Shown in pieces: positions 37,383 through 52,598 of a stretch of DNA of 64,000 bases (position 1 is its first letter; each line of letters begins with the position of its first letter). The position numbers and the translations under genes were made by a program. The DNA lies in contig NW_024704743.1 in the NCBI RefSeq assembly GCF_018977255.1, positions 111,912,001 through 111,976,000 of the forward strand, read 5' to 3'. Origin of the DNA: Callorhinchus milii. Its lineage: Eukaryota. The notes under the pieces were generated by a model, which was given only the letters and a program-made list of their open reading frames with translations, searched no databases and was not told the DNA's origin.

Positions 37383-37925
37383 TCCTGCCAGATTTTTAAA
37401 AAAACGGATTTCTTAATTAAGAAATCCGAAAATCAGTGACTTTGACTCATGGGAACGGCACTCCGACAGGATGTATTTTCGGAGCAGGGGTTCCCTTGAG
37501 GTGTGACGTACAAAATTTGCGTCTGTTACCAGAACGGGTGCCCACTGGCGTTTTGTTAATTAAGACCTTCCTTAAGAAATTCTGCAAAACTGGCCTGGCA
37601 GAATTTTAAAAATTGAATTCATTTTGCCTTCCTGGAATAAAAAAAATCCGAAACTCAGGTTTTCCTCATTGCTTCACGTATTCCTTTCGGACAGCGACAC
37701 ATGCACATACACGTAAAAAGGTCTGAAGTATGGGATTTCCCAATGTGTTTCTGCCATAAAGAATCCTGTGCAAGATCCTGTCAACCAACAGGAATTCCAT
37801 TCTGAAAGTAGATCATGTTGGTCTAGAATTAAGGCAGGTCGAGTTAAACTTACTTCCGATTCCAGGAAGGAATCCATATTTGCACCGCGCAAAATCCCAT
37901 TAAGGAATCCCGTTTAAAAAATCCC
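37383..37925. mobile_element. MITE-like non-autonomous DNA element (possibly composite)
   Basis: Inverted ends gatttttaaaaaaacggatttcttaat and attaaggaatcccgtttaaaaaatc. CpG-enriched; shares motifs with 52599-52758. Confidence 0.55.
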
Positions 37926-40547
37926 ACATTTTAAACCCCAAGGAAAGCAAATAAGCATAACAAAAGCATATTCTCTGCACAATATCACCAGCCGTTTGCA
38001 CTGGTCGGAGTAAGTATAAAATCCGCACGGTGCTATTCGGGAAGCAGTGTAGGTAACCTGCCTGTGTAGATTTCGCAGCAAATTTCAGCATGTTTATTTT
38101 AAGTGAAAATATTTAGGCACCACGTTAATCGTAGGATGATTAGCCTTCAAAAAATACAATTTTATCTGCGCTCTGCAACAACCTATTTCTAGTGAGAAAA
38201 TAACAGAAGGGATTCTACCCCTCTGCAACACATTCACTGCTGACTTACCTGACAGAAAGGAAATTTAAGTAATTTAGATTTTTAGAATACCATCGGGTCG
38301 AATTAAATATTTTTGAGCAGTAATTTAATGCCATTAAAAGCTGAAGATCTTTGTACAAAAGGGTTAAACAGGTCCAGCTAGAAAAGTGCTAAAATATAAT
38401 TTTCCTGTTGTTATGTTTCCCTAAATCAATCTAAACACACATTGTGCAGCTCTTCAACAAACAGCACTTAAACCACTTCATGGCCATAAGAACCTCCAGC
38501 AACAACAATATCTGACAAACACTGCGTCAAGATAAAAAGATTCGGAATCGTCAAAATCATAGTTTCATTTCTCTCCCCGCCCTCCTCCCCCTCTTTGCTC
38601 TCCCTCTCTCCTCTCACACACACCACCATTCAGTACCACACCAACGACATTACGGTATTTAGGCATATATAAAAAAAATGGCTTTAGTGCTCCTTCAGCC
38701 AAAGCAAACGAAACAAGTGGCGGCTCTGTCTTTTGCAAACGTACGAAAGATTCCTGTATTACACCTGCCTTTGTGTTTGTGTGCGCACTTGTTCTCGTCC
38801 TCCCGGATGCAGCTTCCCTGATGGACTCAGTGGGTTGCATGTGCTGCCTGCTGAATCTTTGGGAAAGCCGCCTCTCTGTGAGTTGTTGGTTTGCACTGAA
38901 GATTGGGGAGATCTATGGATAGGCCAGAACGTTCATTCTTCAGCTCGTCTCACTGCTACCTGCAGTTTGGAATGTCTTCTCTTCAATGATCTTTAGAAGA
39001 GGGGGGTGGGTAGCGAGAGGGTGGGGGGGGAGAGAAAGGAGAGGTCATGTAAAATGCATAAGTTGTGTTTTGAAAAAAAATTCTAACACTTCCACTAAGC
39101 TTTTTTCATTGCTCTGCGTAGAAAAAATGTTAGATATGAACGGTTGCACATTCAATTAAATTTCCCATGACATTTAGTTTATTCACGTAAACAAAATATT
39201 GAAAATGTCAAAATAACAATCCAGTAAAGATTCTTAACTAAATTAATAAGTTGAGCCTTGCGAAAAAAAAACCCAATCATAATGTAGAAGGTCTTCAATA
39301 ATTCATTAGAGTAAAGCAAGGTATTTTAAGCATCAAAGATAAAGATAATAAGTAAGGTTTTCATTATTAAAATGGCCAGAACCTTTTTTTTAAACCGGCC
39401 TTCATAATTGACTTTCACAACCTTCAAAAAAAAATCCTGCTACAAACCAACATATAAACCTTCAATCAGATTTTTACACAAAAAAATATGCTCTAAAGCT
39501 AACAGCAGTCTTTTGAGACACTGAAATGCTGGTAGCCACTCTTCCCTGGGGACTGCAAAAAAAAATTACTTTAAAGTTATGCATTCCAGCTTTTAATAAC
39601 CACCAGGATGAATACTATAACTGCTATAGGTTAGAATATTGATGTAGAGAGGTCACGGAAAGTTAAGTTGAATAACAATTTTAAATGTAAGCTATATGTT
39701 TGTTCAGGCGGTATATAATAAGGGCAGCATAGGCACCCCCTGTAAAACAACATGCTTTCCACAATGCTACAGCATGATAAAGAAAATACTGAAACGCAAA
39801 TTTATGTTCAAACCAGCTCCAAATTTCTGTCTGTGTGCAACTGGAAGAGTGATTGAGAGTTGCTGAATCCTATTTAGTTTTATCTTCAAATTGTCATTAC
39901 TGGGTAAATACAAGCTTTGTTCTGCTTCTCTCCCTCCTCCTGCACACCCCCACCCCCACAACCACTCACACACACACACATTTTCCTCCCTCCTGCGGGG
40001 TGCATGCATCTTGGATAAACAATATACAGTGCTGTATTAACACTCTTCCATTTTAACACTTAAAAGTCAAATATTCCTATTCTAGTAACATATTAACGAC
40101 ATACGTAACTGTGCATTGTGGCTTGATACTATTTTATTAACTGTGTTTTGGCTTTAAACCTGTTAGTTATACAATTCATATCTGCAGTGATAGAATATTT
40201 AGCCCTTATAACCTCACAAATATTTTGCACCAGGTAGTCTAATAAGAGAATTGCTTTGCCACACACATATATTTAAAATCATTTATTTTTCCCCTTTTGT
40301 ATTCTCTTTTCGACAGATCACCATTTCCATTGCGAACACTGCTTAAAACATACAAATAATGAAGTCTGTTCGCGTAGATAATATTACCTGCAATATGAAT
40401 GGATGTCAAAATACAGGGGCACAATTTACTGTATTCCTTAGCCAGTATTCCTTAGCCAGCACCTTGTGCAAATTAAGGCAAGGAACATGTTATGGAATCA
40501 GGTAAAAATTGACATCAATAGTGAATAATTCTATCTTAATTGAAGAA

Positions 40548-40626
40548 GTATATCCTGGGAAGCGTTTTGAGACGTCTAGAAGACATGAAAAGCACTATAT
40601 TAAATGCAAGGATTATTATCATTATA
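40548..40626 (+). mobile_element. SINE 3' tail
   Basis: gtatatcctgggaagcgttttgagacgtctagaagacatgaaaagcactatattaaatgcaaggattatt. Confidence 0.8.
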
Positions 40627-43600
40627 ATTTATAACTGGTTCCATTAAATCTCTTTCATTAATATTATGCTCCTGAATTTGAACAAACTAAACAATTGGCT
40701 CCTCAGTATTTAAGGCTTTGATTTTCAACTTTATAATTTAGAAAATAAGAACAACAAAATCATTTTTTGTGTGTTTTACAACAGTATTCTTAATATTTTT
40801 AACTTTAAAGTTGAAAACAAACCAATCATTATAACTTGCATAGAAACAAATAATCTGCAGATGGAACTGAATGAAAACAGTTTTGAATAAAAAATATCCT
40901 TTTAAAAGGAAGAATATACTTGCGATATCAGTAAGAGCTAAATTCTAGACTGCTAGGCTTATTGTGCTGATAGGTCATGGTAGGTGCATTTAAAGCAAAA
41001 CTTGTGGCCATGTGCAAACAGTGAAATCTAGCAGTATTGACTAAATTAGGTTCACTGATTTGTACTGAGTCTAATATCTTCTTTAAACACTTCCCTGTAA
41101 ATTGTCCGTTTAAAGTCATTGGAAGCTATTCCTCAGGACAGTCTTTCTGTCTGGCTACCTGCCGGAGTGAGGAAGGTAATCAATAGAAGGAAATAGAGAT
41201 GAGCACGAGACTTGAAGGTTTCAGAGCCGTTAGTACTGATAAAAGTGGACGGTGTCAATATTTGGGAATCACGCAACATTGGGATAATAGACAAAAGAGA
41301 AGTGCATTTGTTGCAGTGTTCAAATAGGGACAGAATTAATGCAGAGGTACCAGTGTTCCCTGAGGCAATATAACAGTGTCTGGTACAGGTAATGCCAGAG
41401 CTTTGGGAAAAGCAACATCCTCAAATGATGTGGATTTTTTTCCCCCACGTACCTTGCAAAACTTAAAATTTGCATCTGGTGTAGCGTATAGCAAATGGAT
41501 TTTTCACATTTTTTTCACATCAAAGCATGCAACAGAATTAGATGTTCTCCCGTCTTTATATTTTCACTGCAGTATTAAAATAAGAATTTCCTCTGCTGTG
41601 CATTTTGAAAGTCGCCGCTTTACTAGAAGAAAGGGCTATTTTCGTTTCATAATGATTTGCTTTCAACTTTGAATCCACTCTTAAAATGTGGTTAAATTAA
41701 TTCAGATGTATTTACGGTGCTGACTTAAAAACACAGACCTTGAGAGTCGCGACAACTCAGAAAGGTTATCAGTTTAACAATTACAAACGTTTGGAAAAAG
41801 TCTCATTTGAAACCTGTCGATTTTTTTTCCTTTTGCATCCTTTAACTCAATGATTTCAAGCGGGAAGCAGCAGTGAGGACACATCTCTACTAACGCAGCA
41901 TATAGAATAGCTTGAGTTTTACTGTCAGTTGGAGAGCATCCTGCCCTACTGTGGCGATCCTACGGTTGATGAAACATGACATCATCTGTCATCAAGAGTA
42001 GATACTTGGGTAAAAGATTGTACGTTTGAAATAATAATACTGGTTCCAGTCTTCTAATAAATTTTCAGTGTTAAAACTAAAGTGCAGCAGATCCAATTTT
42101 CTGCAGGCTGGAAAGGATGTTTAATCAGGGAAACTGTAACCAGGTTTTAATGTTACTAAAGCAATAAAGGATACAATTTTCTTTGAGTTTTGATTTCTTA
42201 ACATAGTTTTATAGATGGGGCATTCAGGAGAAAATGTAAAGATTCTGCACTTCTGAAATTATGATTAACCTATATATTTTTATATTGAAAAACATATTTT
42301 TATTTGGAGAAATACCACTTACAGCTAACGTAAAATAACTTAGAAGTTTGATTAGGGATACAATGTAAAAGCAAGACACTATACTAGTATATCTGGTTAT
42401 AAAGTATAGCCTATATATAAAGAAACGGAAATATAGTTAATGTAAGTGTCTATGCCATTGCAGGGCTATTAATACTTAACAATGCAACATTTTATTTTGC
42501 ACTATATGTTAACGTTGCAACATAAACTACCCAATAAAAGGCTCATTGATTATCGGGTACTTTACTTAAGCCCAAGCGAAAAAAAGTCTTTCAAAAGCAC
42601 TTCACAATTTCATTTAGATTTTCTTTCTAGATCTGCACTGCAAATAATTTGTTAATGTTATGCCACTTCCACCTTTTGTCACACATATACACCAGAAAAT
42701 TGGTTCCATTTCATATCTGGTCTATGTTGAATTAAAACTACCTCGTGCAAAGGATACATCTGAATGTTATGGAACAGTGAAATTGAGGTCTTTTGTGGGA
42801 AATGCACATACATTTCCATACATCTGAACATTTTAAAGTAGCTTATTATGCACTTAATACAGAAAATAGCTTTGAATACAAAAAATCTCACACACAATTG
42901 CAACTAAGATTTCTCTTTGAGCTTTTTCTTCAAGATACAATATTCTAATAAATCTGCAACTTTTTCTCATTATTTCTTCAGTTTGAGGAAAGTGAAGTAA
43001 ATGTACAGTACTTCAAATAATTTGCAAGCACGCCATTTTGAATGGCCACAAGGTTTTTTTTCAAACAAATGAAGAAAACAGAAGGATTTTTTTTCAAAAC
43101 GTAAATGGTACCTTTTATTATTAAAAGAGTATACAAAACACTATTGAGCTTATTTGCTGAAATAGTCTATGTGTGTTAGTGCATTGCATTTTTACTTATA
43201 GTTTTGTTGCTTTGCTAGAAACCTAAAACTCGAAGTGAAGGACTACTCAAGCATTGATAACAATTGTGTGCATTGCAATAGGAGATTGGGTTTGGGAATG
43301 AGTCTCTGCTGTTGGAATTAAACAGTAGCTTTGATTTGAATGTTGCATTTATTTATTCCCGTTTGTTTGCCTTCTGTTCAGATGTTACAGGCCGACAGTG
43401 ATATATATGGTGCACAGTACTGTTTGAGCACAACAAAATAGATAAGTATTAAAGGCATGCCATCTATAAAGCACTGTAGGACAGTGAGCGCACTAATATT
43501 AGGGTCAATATATATTTGGCCACAAAAATACTGACTCTCTCTTGTAATTACATTAGGTGCAATCATAATGCCTCTATTATGCATATGCTTTATGTATGCC

Positions 43601-46359
43601 TGTGTCCAAATGGAGAAGAAAATCCTACGAGTTTTTCTGATTTGGGGTGGAATGCGAGGAGACAGCACGATATGGTAGATTTATGGGAGCTGGTAAGAAA
43701 TGGGGCTTGCAAAGGTTATGGCATGCACTGAAAAAAACGGCATGCTGTAAGCTCCTGATTTACGTTGACACATATCCAGATGAAATTCTCGTTTGTAAAT
43801 TGCCTGGAGTGGTCATTTTGAGGTTGTACTTTATGAAGTGTTTGACAACTTAGACAATGTACATAACTGTTCCATGAACAAGTATGCAAAGATAATGTTA
43901 AATATATTTACTGGCGCATGTCTGTAAATTCACTTTTATAACTGTAGGATATATTGATTGAACATTGAGATAACATTCCTTAATTAGGTTACAGGGTTAC
44001 ACTGCCATTGCCGTGTCTGTCACTTACCATCATATTCCTCAGTCCCACGTCTTACTGATCCAGACTTAAATTATATCAGAAAGTTTAATACATGCAAGCT
44101 CAATGTCTTGGTGTTTTATTGCAAAAGACAGAGATAGAAAAAGATGGAGAGTGTATTTCTGAGGGTTGGGGGTGGGGTGATTAGGCTACTTTGTCAAAGC
44201 AGTGTTAGGGTACTTAGCTTTACTCTAGGGTCACACCACGTCTTGGTACTGCGGTTGAAAAGTACTAAACGTACTTTTACTAACATTAATTCTGAATGCA
44301 ATCCAAATGCCACAACAATTACATGCCTAAATATATACTGTGAGAATTGGAATTGATCGAGTCAGATATTTTTTAAAAATGGTTTTCCGTTTGTTCCCAT
44401 TCTTGCAATAACTGTTACAATCAAATGTAAATGGTGCAGTGCTACTGCATGGCTAATCAGCAATCTCTGCCTTATTAAAGTAATACGCGGTCAATAAAGT
44501 TTCTTGAAATGCATCCTAAGTTTGCTCAGTGCTTCAGGCAGCTCCAAGTGGTGGTAAATTGTCAAAGGTTCAAACCTTTCGAGGCTATTCAGTTGTTCCA
44601 AGTGCTTGAGCATTTGGCTCCCAACCAGAAGGTCCTAAGTTTGCATCTCAAGGCTAGCTGTCATTCAGCTCACTTGCTGGAGTTGCACTGGTTTAATCAG
44701 CTCTGAGCTGGACTGCTGAACGGTCTGGTGTTTGATGGTGAGGCATTCCATTTCAGGGGTAGGGAAAAACTGACATCTAGATTATCCTACCAAAAGGCAC
44801 AAATAAAAGAAAATCTTCCCTCCAATAAAAATAGCATTCTGAGAATGACAATCTATATCACAAACTCAGTTACATTTATCAGACCGTACTCTTTAGTGCT
44901 CTGGTAAATTAGCAATTTTTAGTCCTTGAACTGAAATTCAAAAATGGATCTAATCTGATGAAATTATCTCATTGAACAAATTCCAAGACATATTTGATTT
45001 TATAGCCAATAATAACTGTCTACATACCAAAGGGTTTATATTTTAAAAGACAGTTTGTTTCATTCTTACAAGTTTAGGCAACTGCTTTTGAATCCATATT
45101 ATTTGCTTCATTTTCATTGTTATTTTGAAAAGCAAAAGATATTCTGTAATCGTCTTGTGCTGTAGAATTTCACCACTGGCTAATATGGACTGAATGCTTG
45201 TTATGCACAGTACACTGCTAACTGTTCTTCACTTAGAATAACATATTTCTCATCTCATTTTTCTTGGCATAATGCCTTCAGCCAGGGCAATTATATGCAA
45301 TTTCATTCTCAAATCAGATAAAACAATTCAGAACTTCTCTAACTATATGGGATCTTTTTGAAAGATTTTGCTTGAAACAATGTACAATTGGCTTGAACAC
45401 TTGGATATTATTTTTCATTCGCTTTATTTAAAGATATTCATTTTCTTTTTGTGAGTACTGAAGCATATTTATGCCCATCAAATAGCGAGACAATAGTGCT
45501 GAGGAAATGGAACATTGTTCCACTGTGTGACAGTGTCAAACACGCCAAGACCAGATATGGTGTGGCTCAGTTACGCTACTCAGCTTCTTGAATAGTGACC
45601 CGACAATAGATCTTAACTCAAACTTTCGAACGGCAAACTTTCTGCCAAACAAACAAACGTTATATTAATCTTTGAAACAGGTTCCTTCCTTCATCGCCAC
45701 CCCTCTGAAGACAAAATAATTCATCTCCTGACAAGTTTGATTGCAATTTTAAGTCACGGACAAATGCTTGCAAGAAATTGGATGAGTCCCACCGGTAAAA
45801 GGACATATTGTGATATTCAGTGCTCAGCCATTTGATATCTACACATTGACAGAATATCTTACATGTATTGTGTGAGGTTGCAAATATTACTAAGCCAACA
45901 TTAGGCAACTCTGTGCTTTTTGCTTCTGCAATGTCTGTTAGGAGCTGCATTCCAGCCGGCCAAAAGCAGTGTTGTTCCACTGACCAGCTACAGAAACGAA
46001 AAATATCATTGCTTCTCTAAGCCGCGCCTTTCTTCAAACCTCCCATCCAAATGGAAACGGCCCTCCTTATTTAACGCTTCACTTTCCATCGCGCCACTCC
46101 TAATTCTCCAACATATCAAAACTGAAACGTGGTCAGCATATAAACCATCGTCCTCACTGTCGCAGGACCAAACCAACAAGCAGGTGCCAGTGTTTCCCTG
46201 GTTTATTTAATGCAGATCTGAATTTTTAAAAAAAACTCCCAAGCATTAAATAGTGTCAAGTGATGGGGAGTGAACATTACGATTTACCAAACTTTGCAGT
46301 GCAGGGAACGAACAATTTCCATTGGTTTTGTTAAAGTGACTAAACCTAGTTTATTTATT

Positions 46360-46472
46360 AATAATAATAATAATCCTGGCATTTGATATAGCGCCTTATC
46401 ATGTCTTCGAGACGTCTCAAAGCGCTTTACAGGATATACTGTAAAGTGAATTGACTGTATATTTTGTGGGCA
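46360..46472 (-). mobile_element. SINE 3' tail
   Basis: (aat)n cctggcatttgatatagcgccttatcatgtcttcgagacgtctcaaagcgctttacagg. Confidence 0.85.
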
Positions 46473-47127
46473 AAATTAGCACTTTGACACAATTATTGCA
46501 ATCTTGGACTGGGGTGCACTCAAAGAAAACAAGAGTGATAGAATACCGAGTGTGGGAAGAAAATCGGAAGGAGACAAGTAGTTATTTTCAGTGTGTAAAC
46601 AATGCGAAAGAAATCATTCATCACGTGTCCTTAACAGAAGACTTTGTGTAACCAAACTAAAAATAACTGATTAAAAATGTCTGAGTTCCACTGTACCTAA
46701 CTCTGGATGGAAAAGGTAATTCAGTCACCAAATTTTGCAAAGCAAACCACTTCTTGGAAATATTCTCAGTTAATATTAACCCATTCCGTAGCCAGTGCTG
46801 ACAGAATGTACTACCTAACCCTGTGATTTTGGCATTACTGTGTGATTTTAAGATGAGTGGTTTATCATGTGTCAATAGGTGTGAAAGAGTGAAGAGCAAT
46901 GGGTTTATTCAACCAAATCACATTTTATTACTGACTGTTGCCCATTTGGTTCTCAGGTCTTTATTGCTGATCTAAATAAAAATCTGCAAAAAGAAACAAC
47001 TTCCACATGACAACATAGCTGATAGTTTAATAATAAAAGACAATGGAAAGGGGCACCTTGATTGCATCCAGTGCAATTTGTCTGGACCTAAAAATATTTG
47101 TTTCCATTGTCTTAATATCTCAGCATA

Positions 47128-47243
47128 TCTGAGGCATATTACTCTTTATAGACTCTGAGTCACATACTCGATATAATCTCTGAGCCACATTACTCTATAT
47201 AGTTAGTCTCTGAGGCACACTACTCTATATAGTCTCTCAGGCA
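47128..47243. repeat. Minisatellite, ~25-bp unit, about 4.5 copies
   Basis: Units approximate tctgaggcacattactctatatagtc. Confidence 0.85.
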
Positions 47244-50200
47244 TCAGCATGCAATACACAAATTGCTCTAATAGACATACATCAAGATTTTTTGCAAAGT
47301 AAACAGTGGTCAGAAAGAACACACTTGTAATTTTAGTACACAATCAAATCATTTTCCACATTACACTTTTTCGATTTACTTATTTTAACCAAAATAACTG
47401 CGAGGGACTTTGACAAGGTATCTGATACGACGGCGATAAAAAGAAAATCACATCAACCGCGGCCTAAACATTTGAAAAAAAGGTTTCAATTTCATCCTCA
47501 TGTTAAGCACAACTGCGCAGCGCAGATAAGTGCATTTCCTTTGAAATAACATTTTACCCAACTTGATACACAAATTAGAAATATGGTTTTAATGTGTCGT
47601 TTGCAATAACTACACATACGATTCAGATTTAGTTTGACTTGTTTTCAATGAGTTCAAATAGCTCCAAATGCATGAAATAATAAGCACTGCAAACATATAA
47701 CATTGCTGATTAATATATTTTTATGTCTGATGATTGCACAATTTTGCCAATTAGGCAAATCAATTACCAGGGCAGTGCATAATCCATATTCTGAATATCA
47801 TAATTTTAATGAGAGCTAAAAAAATGTGGCAAACGATGTGAAGACTACATCTAATTCACCTTCCCACTAAAAGGCAGAATTTATCAAAAATACTATTCAG
47901 AGCAATCTGAAATAGCTTCAATTTTCTTTCTGTTTAGCAACTCTTAGCTCATGCTAAAGAGGAAGCGGTAATGTCCTTTAATGTCAGTGAAGCATTTTTG
48001 AATGTTAATAGTACAAATTTTCAAAAGGCAAACATTTTTTCTCATCTGAAGCAGCAAAGTCGCAGATTGACTTTGTACATTTTTCTGCCTTTGTGCTGAA
48101 GAATCACTAGGTTTTAAATTACACCGTCTCAAGCCTTTGCTCTTCAATCCCTTAATCCTGATGGAGCAGAGGTTTCAGTTCAAGATAACTTCACGCACAA
48201 CATTAAAAAAAAACTCGGTAAGCCTACCTCAAGTATGCTGATGATTTTTTCAGCTGCAATCTATCATTTGTGTCCTGCAGTATGAAATGACTTGAAGGCA
48301 AAACCAGTGTCAAATAATTAACGTATTTTCACTGAAAACAATCAGCACCAAGAAGAATAGAGCTCCGTCCTATGTTTTTTGTCGGGTTGCACGAAAAGCA
48401 ATAAAAGCTTTCACATGAGACACTGCGACCATTTATACCTGTGGTTTTCATCACTTTTGACTGCGGTTCCTTACACCAGCGAGTCTATCTGAACTGTATG
48501 GCTTCAAACGAAGAGGGAAGCAAGACTGACAGATTTTACATCTGGTAGCCACCACACTGCCTCTCATTCAGTCAAATAAGTTACGTCAGGTTTCAAAAAG
48601 TTCGAGGGCTGAATTAAAGCAATTATGTCTGCAAAATGTTTCTGGCTGACATCGAGCATATATACTTTTATGTCAATCATTGCCATGTGTTTTCAATAAA
48701 GCATATACTCTCCTTACCTACAATTAATCTTATTCTGCTAATTTTGCTTTGCCAAAATATTACAGCCCTAAAACTCATCCGATTCTACCCGACTAGCAAA
48801 GTCACTGCGGAATGGGTAAGTGCTTTTTAAGGATAGCTGATTTCCAGCCACACTATATTCATGTGTCACGATTGTTATCTAGTATAATAACCTCCAGGTG
48901 CTGTAGTTTTGAACGATCAAAGGACAACTCGGATAGTGAGCGATACGTCTAATTAATTTTGGTTTAGGCTCTTTCAATTTAAAATATCCAGTGCTATCTG
49001 TAACTCGTTGCATTTATGAGTTAATAGAACAGGGAAAATGCACACACACACTCACTCACTCACCAACACCAAAATATTTGACTAATGTTTGCACATCTTT
49101 CATAACAGATTTATCTTAGGTTTACCAACTTTTAAGAAATGTTGCAGTCCCTCCAGATGGATTGTAAAGTTTCTTAAAAGTTGTTGAACTTCAGGATAAT
49201 CTATTGATAACATCCATTTACTGGGTTGATTAATGTTATTTATCTCTTTGTCTTCACCAGAGAGGGGGAGAGAGAGAGAGAAAAATCCATTGAAGTCAAT
49301 GGCTTTTTGTTGGAAAAAAAGTCTCCCCGTGAGGCCAAAAGGTTAAGACATGTATATAGCTGTGTAGAACCTGTAAATAATTGCAGTTAATTTTACATCT
49401 GGCTGCAGAAGGAATAATAGGCTAAACAATACAGTCTGAACAGTTTCAAGTGCAACTCTTGTGCATTTAAAACAATAAAATACAAGTTTCACACATTACA
49501 GCCAAGAGAAATGTGCCAGCTATTAAGGCCAACAGTTTCATCGACAACTTTTTTAAAAAAAAGTCAGAGTGGCTGGGCCTACTGAGAACTCCTTACCTGG
49601 TTATACTGCCAGCCTCGTCAATATTTACTCGACTTTAACTTAATCAGCGTTTCCGTCAATTTTTACTGTAATGTGAAAAACTCTTTCAAAATACTGTTTT
49701 CTGTCTCTATATATATTCCTTTCTCTACTTCTAAGCCTAAGTAACTATTGCTGTTGTTACAGCAGCCATGTCCGTCCCCTTGCTTGCGTTGGAATGGAAA
49801 AAAAAGGTGCAATTATGTCCTCCGTTGTAACCTTTTCAGGTTTTTCCCCGATGCTAGGGAGTCTAATCTCATTCTCGCTTCTGTACCGCAGACCACAGCC
49901 TGTTTCAAGCAGCCTGGAAATCTCTTACAGCTGGAGAAGCAATAATTCATAGGATTTTACTTGACAGCCACGACAGGCAGTGGGGCAGCCAGAAACAACT
50001 GTCTCTTATGTTGGACTATTTGCAAAAAGTCAGGAAAGGAGGAGCAGGCAAAGGACCACATCCTTCTGCAGCATATGCTGGCGGATGGAACCCTTTCATT
50101 CTCTGCCAATTGGTCTGCATAAAAAAAGGGCCTTAAATATCGTATTGACAGTAGCTATCACTTCCAAACAGAATTCCTCACAATTAACTGAGTGCAGAAC

Positions 50201-52598
50201 ACATGAAGCTCTATTGTCTGGCGCGGGCTTGTGATATATATGCGGCTGCATTTTTAAAAAGATTTGTGCTTATTTCTTTTTATAAAAATAAAAACATGCT
50301 GGAATAATAGGATTTGCGGACAACCGCATACACCTGCAGTGCGGATAAGATTAGTTTTTCTCCTCAGCTCCCCCACCCCAAAACCTTCGAGAAATTCATA
50401 TGCGAATCAGAATTCAGTGGCAGCTAACAGTGGCTATCCAGGCAGGCAGGCAGGCATTAAGCAGTGAAGTGCTGGAATTCACTGCAATACAGCTTGCATT
50501 GTCAGCGTCATGGCTGGTGTTTATGATTTCAGCAGAACGAGAAATAAACAACTTGCTCTTAATGGGTCCAGTCCGTGTGAATGTGTGTGTCTGTAATGTG
50601 TGTGTGTCTGTGTCTAGGCAGCAGCACCTCTATCTGCTTTCAGTCACATGCAGTGGTAGCTGGTGTAATGGCTTGCCACAGATCATGTGGAACCAATGTC
50701 CAAAGATTTGCATGCCTCCCTTCCCCAGCTCCCTGTAGTAGCAGCAGGTCACTGATAAATCATCTGTGAAAGTTCAGCCGGGTAGTGTTTCATCACACCT
50801 CCCCATTCATAGGCAGGGCTGATTCCTGACCCAAGGGCAGAAGGGCCTAAACAGGGATTGGGTTCCCGCACAGCCATTATCAGCTTCGCTCATTCAGGGC
50901 CATCAGCTGAGACTGTCTAAATGGGAACAGCTGATTTGTGTGCGCACACACACATACACACAGACCCAGACAAAAAAAACATAACGTTTTCTAGTTAAGC
51001 GATCCTCAGCTGGCCTTCTGAGAGGAGCCCTTTAGGAATAACTCGTCAACTGTGCACCCATGGGCAGGCAGAAAAAGAGAACGTTCAAAAACGGCATCAA
51101 GTGCTGCATGCCAAAGAAAAACAAATCCTATGCCAAACTACACATCGTTAGCTCAAATCTGTTCCATGTGGAAATCAGAATACTAACGTGAGGGAAAAGG
51201 ACTAGTGATCTTGAAGTGATTTGGCTTGATGCCTGTCAAATATTCACTTTTGCTTCCACTTCTGCAATTACTAGAGGAAATACATTTTCATTCATTTTCC
51301 TTTCTCCAGGACGACCCCCACTCTCTCTCTCTCTCTCTCTCTCTGCCTCCCTGTCCCCCCTCCTCCCCCCTCCCCCGCCTAGCTTGGAGATTGGAATAAT
51401 TATTTGATTCACTGCCTCCACGAAGGCTAACATGTTAAGCCATGCTTTCCGAGATGTTCTGCTTCCCTCCCTGCACATTTTTTTTTGTCTGCCGCCAACT
51501 ACCCTCATGTGTCCAAGGATTTAAAGCTTCTAATTAAACAGAATAACTAGTGCAGGATGTCCGAGCTCCAAGACTTCAATTTTCATTTGCAGATGTATTT
51601 CATTCAGCCAGGCTTTATTTATGATTCTGAATTTTAGCTCATTCTATGTTGCGTGGAATAGCATTCCATCCTAGTTGAGTGCAGTGTATTTAATAACTGT
51701 GTCTACTGTCTTAATTACCCCATAAAGCTGGGTTCCATTGGCATTTGACCCTCCTCAGCATTCCAGAGAAACTGCAGGACTATGATAATTACCGACTGAC
51801 TGTGAGAAAATTAAACAAAAAGATCTAACATACAAGACACCCTTTTAAACAACCTGTAACGTCGCAGAGATAAATCACCGTTCAAACAACCAACTTAGCT
51901 AAACAGAAAATATCCTTTGCAATGCCAAAGTGTTTCGCCTCACACAGCCGTGAAAAGAAAATTAAAGGTGCTTCAACTTCCTAGACTTTGATTCCTTTCC
52001 CATGCTGTGACAGAGGCATTATCGCGTTCCCTGCCCTGAACCACATTTCTGCATTGAATTAAAAAGATAGGATTTTCAAAGCACTGACCCTCGCAGGTTT
52101 GTGGCATTCACTTAACTCAAAATGGTTACAGTATAACAAGCAGTGGAGCCAATGATTTTTATGAAACTCTGTAACCCACCCTCCATTGCAGTTTGATGCC
52201 ACTTCACTTGATGCCCGTGTTTTTAACTCAAAACATGACATGGCATTTTATCTGAAGTTTCATCTTGCTTTTCAGCTCTTCATGTCAGCTTCTTCTTCCA
52301 TCTACATATTCAGTTTGGCTGCAAACTGACACCTTCCTAACAAGTTCACTAATGGCCAGCCTGGACTTTAGATAATGTTAAAATGATACTTAGCTCACAG
52401 GTTTCACCAGACAATATTGTGTTAATGGGATAACAAAGGGATGACATTATAAATTCACAGAACGATGGGGTATGATCTTACTTAATTGCTAACGATTATT
52501 GTCTGGTAAGGGAACTGAACCCAAACTTTACCCTATAGATAAATAATGGTTTATATGTATATAATAACAGTAAATATACTTATACTTCACATTGTGGC

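Noticed and set aside
38565..38840. Minus-strand ORF MQPTESIREAASGRTR... as a first coding exon
   Set aside because: No recognisable homology, and the only nearby donor (cag|gtgtaa) is weak.
40431..40460. 14-bp tandem duplication gtattccttagcca
   Set aside because: Ordinary slippage duplication with no associated structure.
47128..47243. CRISPR-like array
   Set aside because: Contiguous degenerate units without unique spacers, in vertebrate DNA; an ordinary minisatellite.
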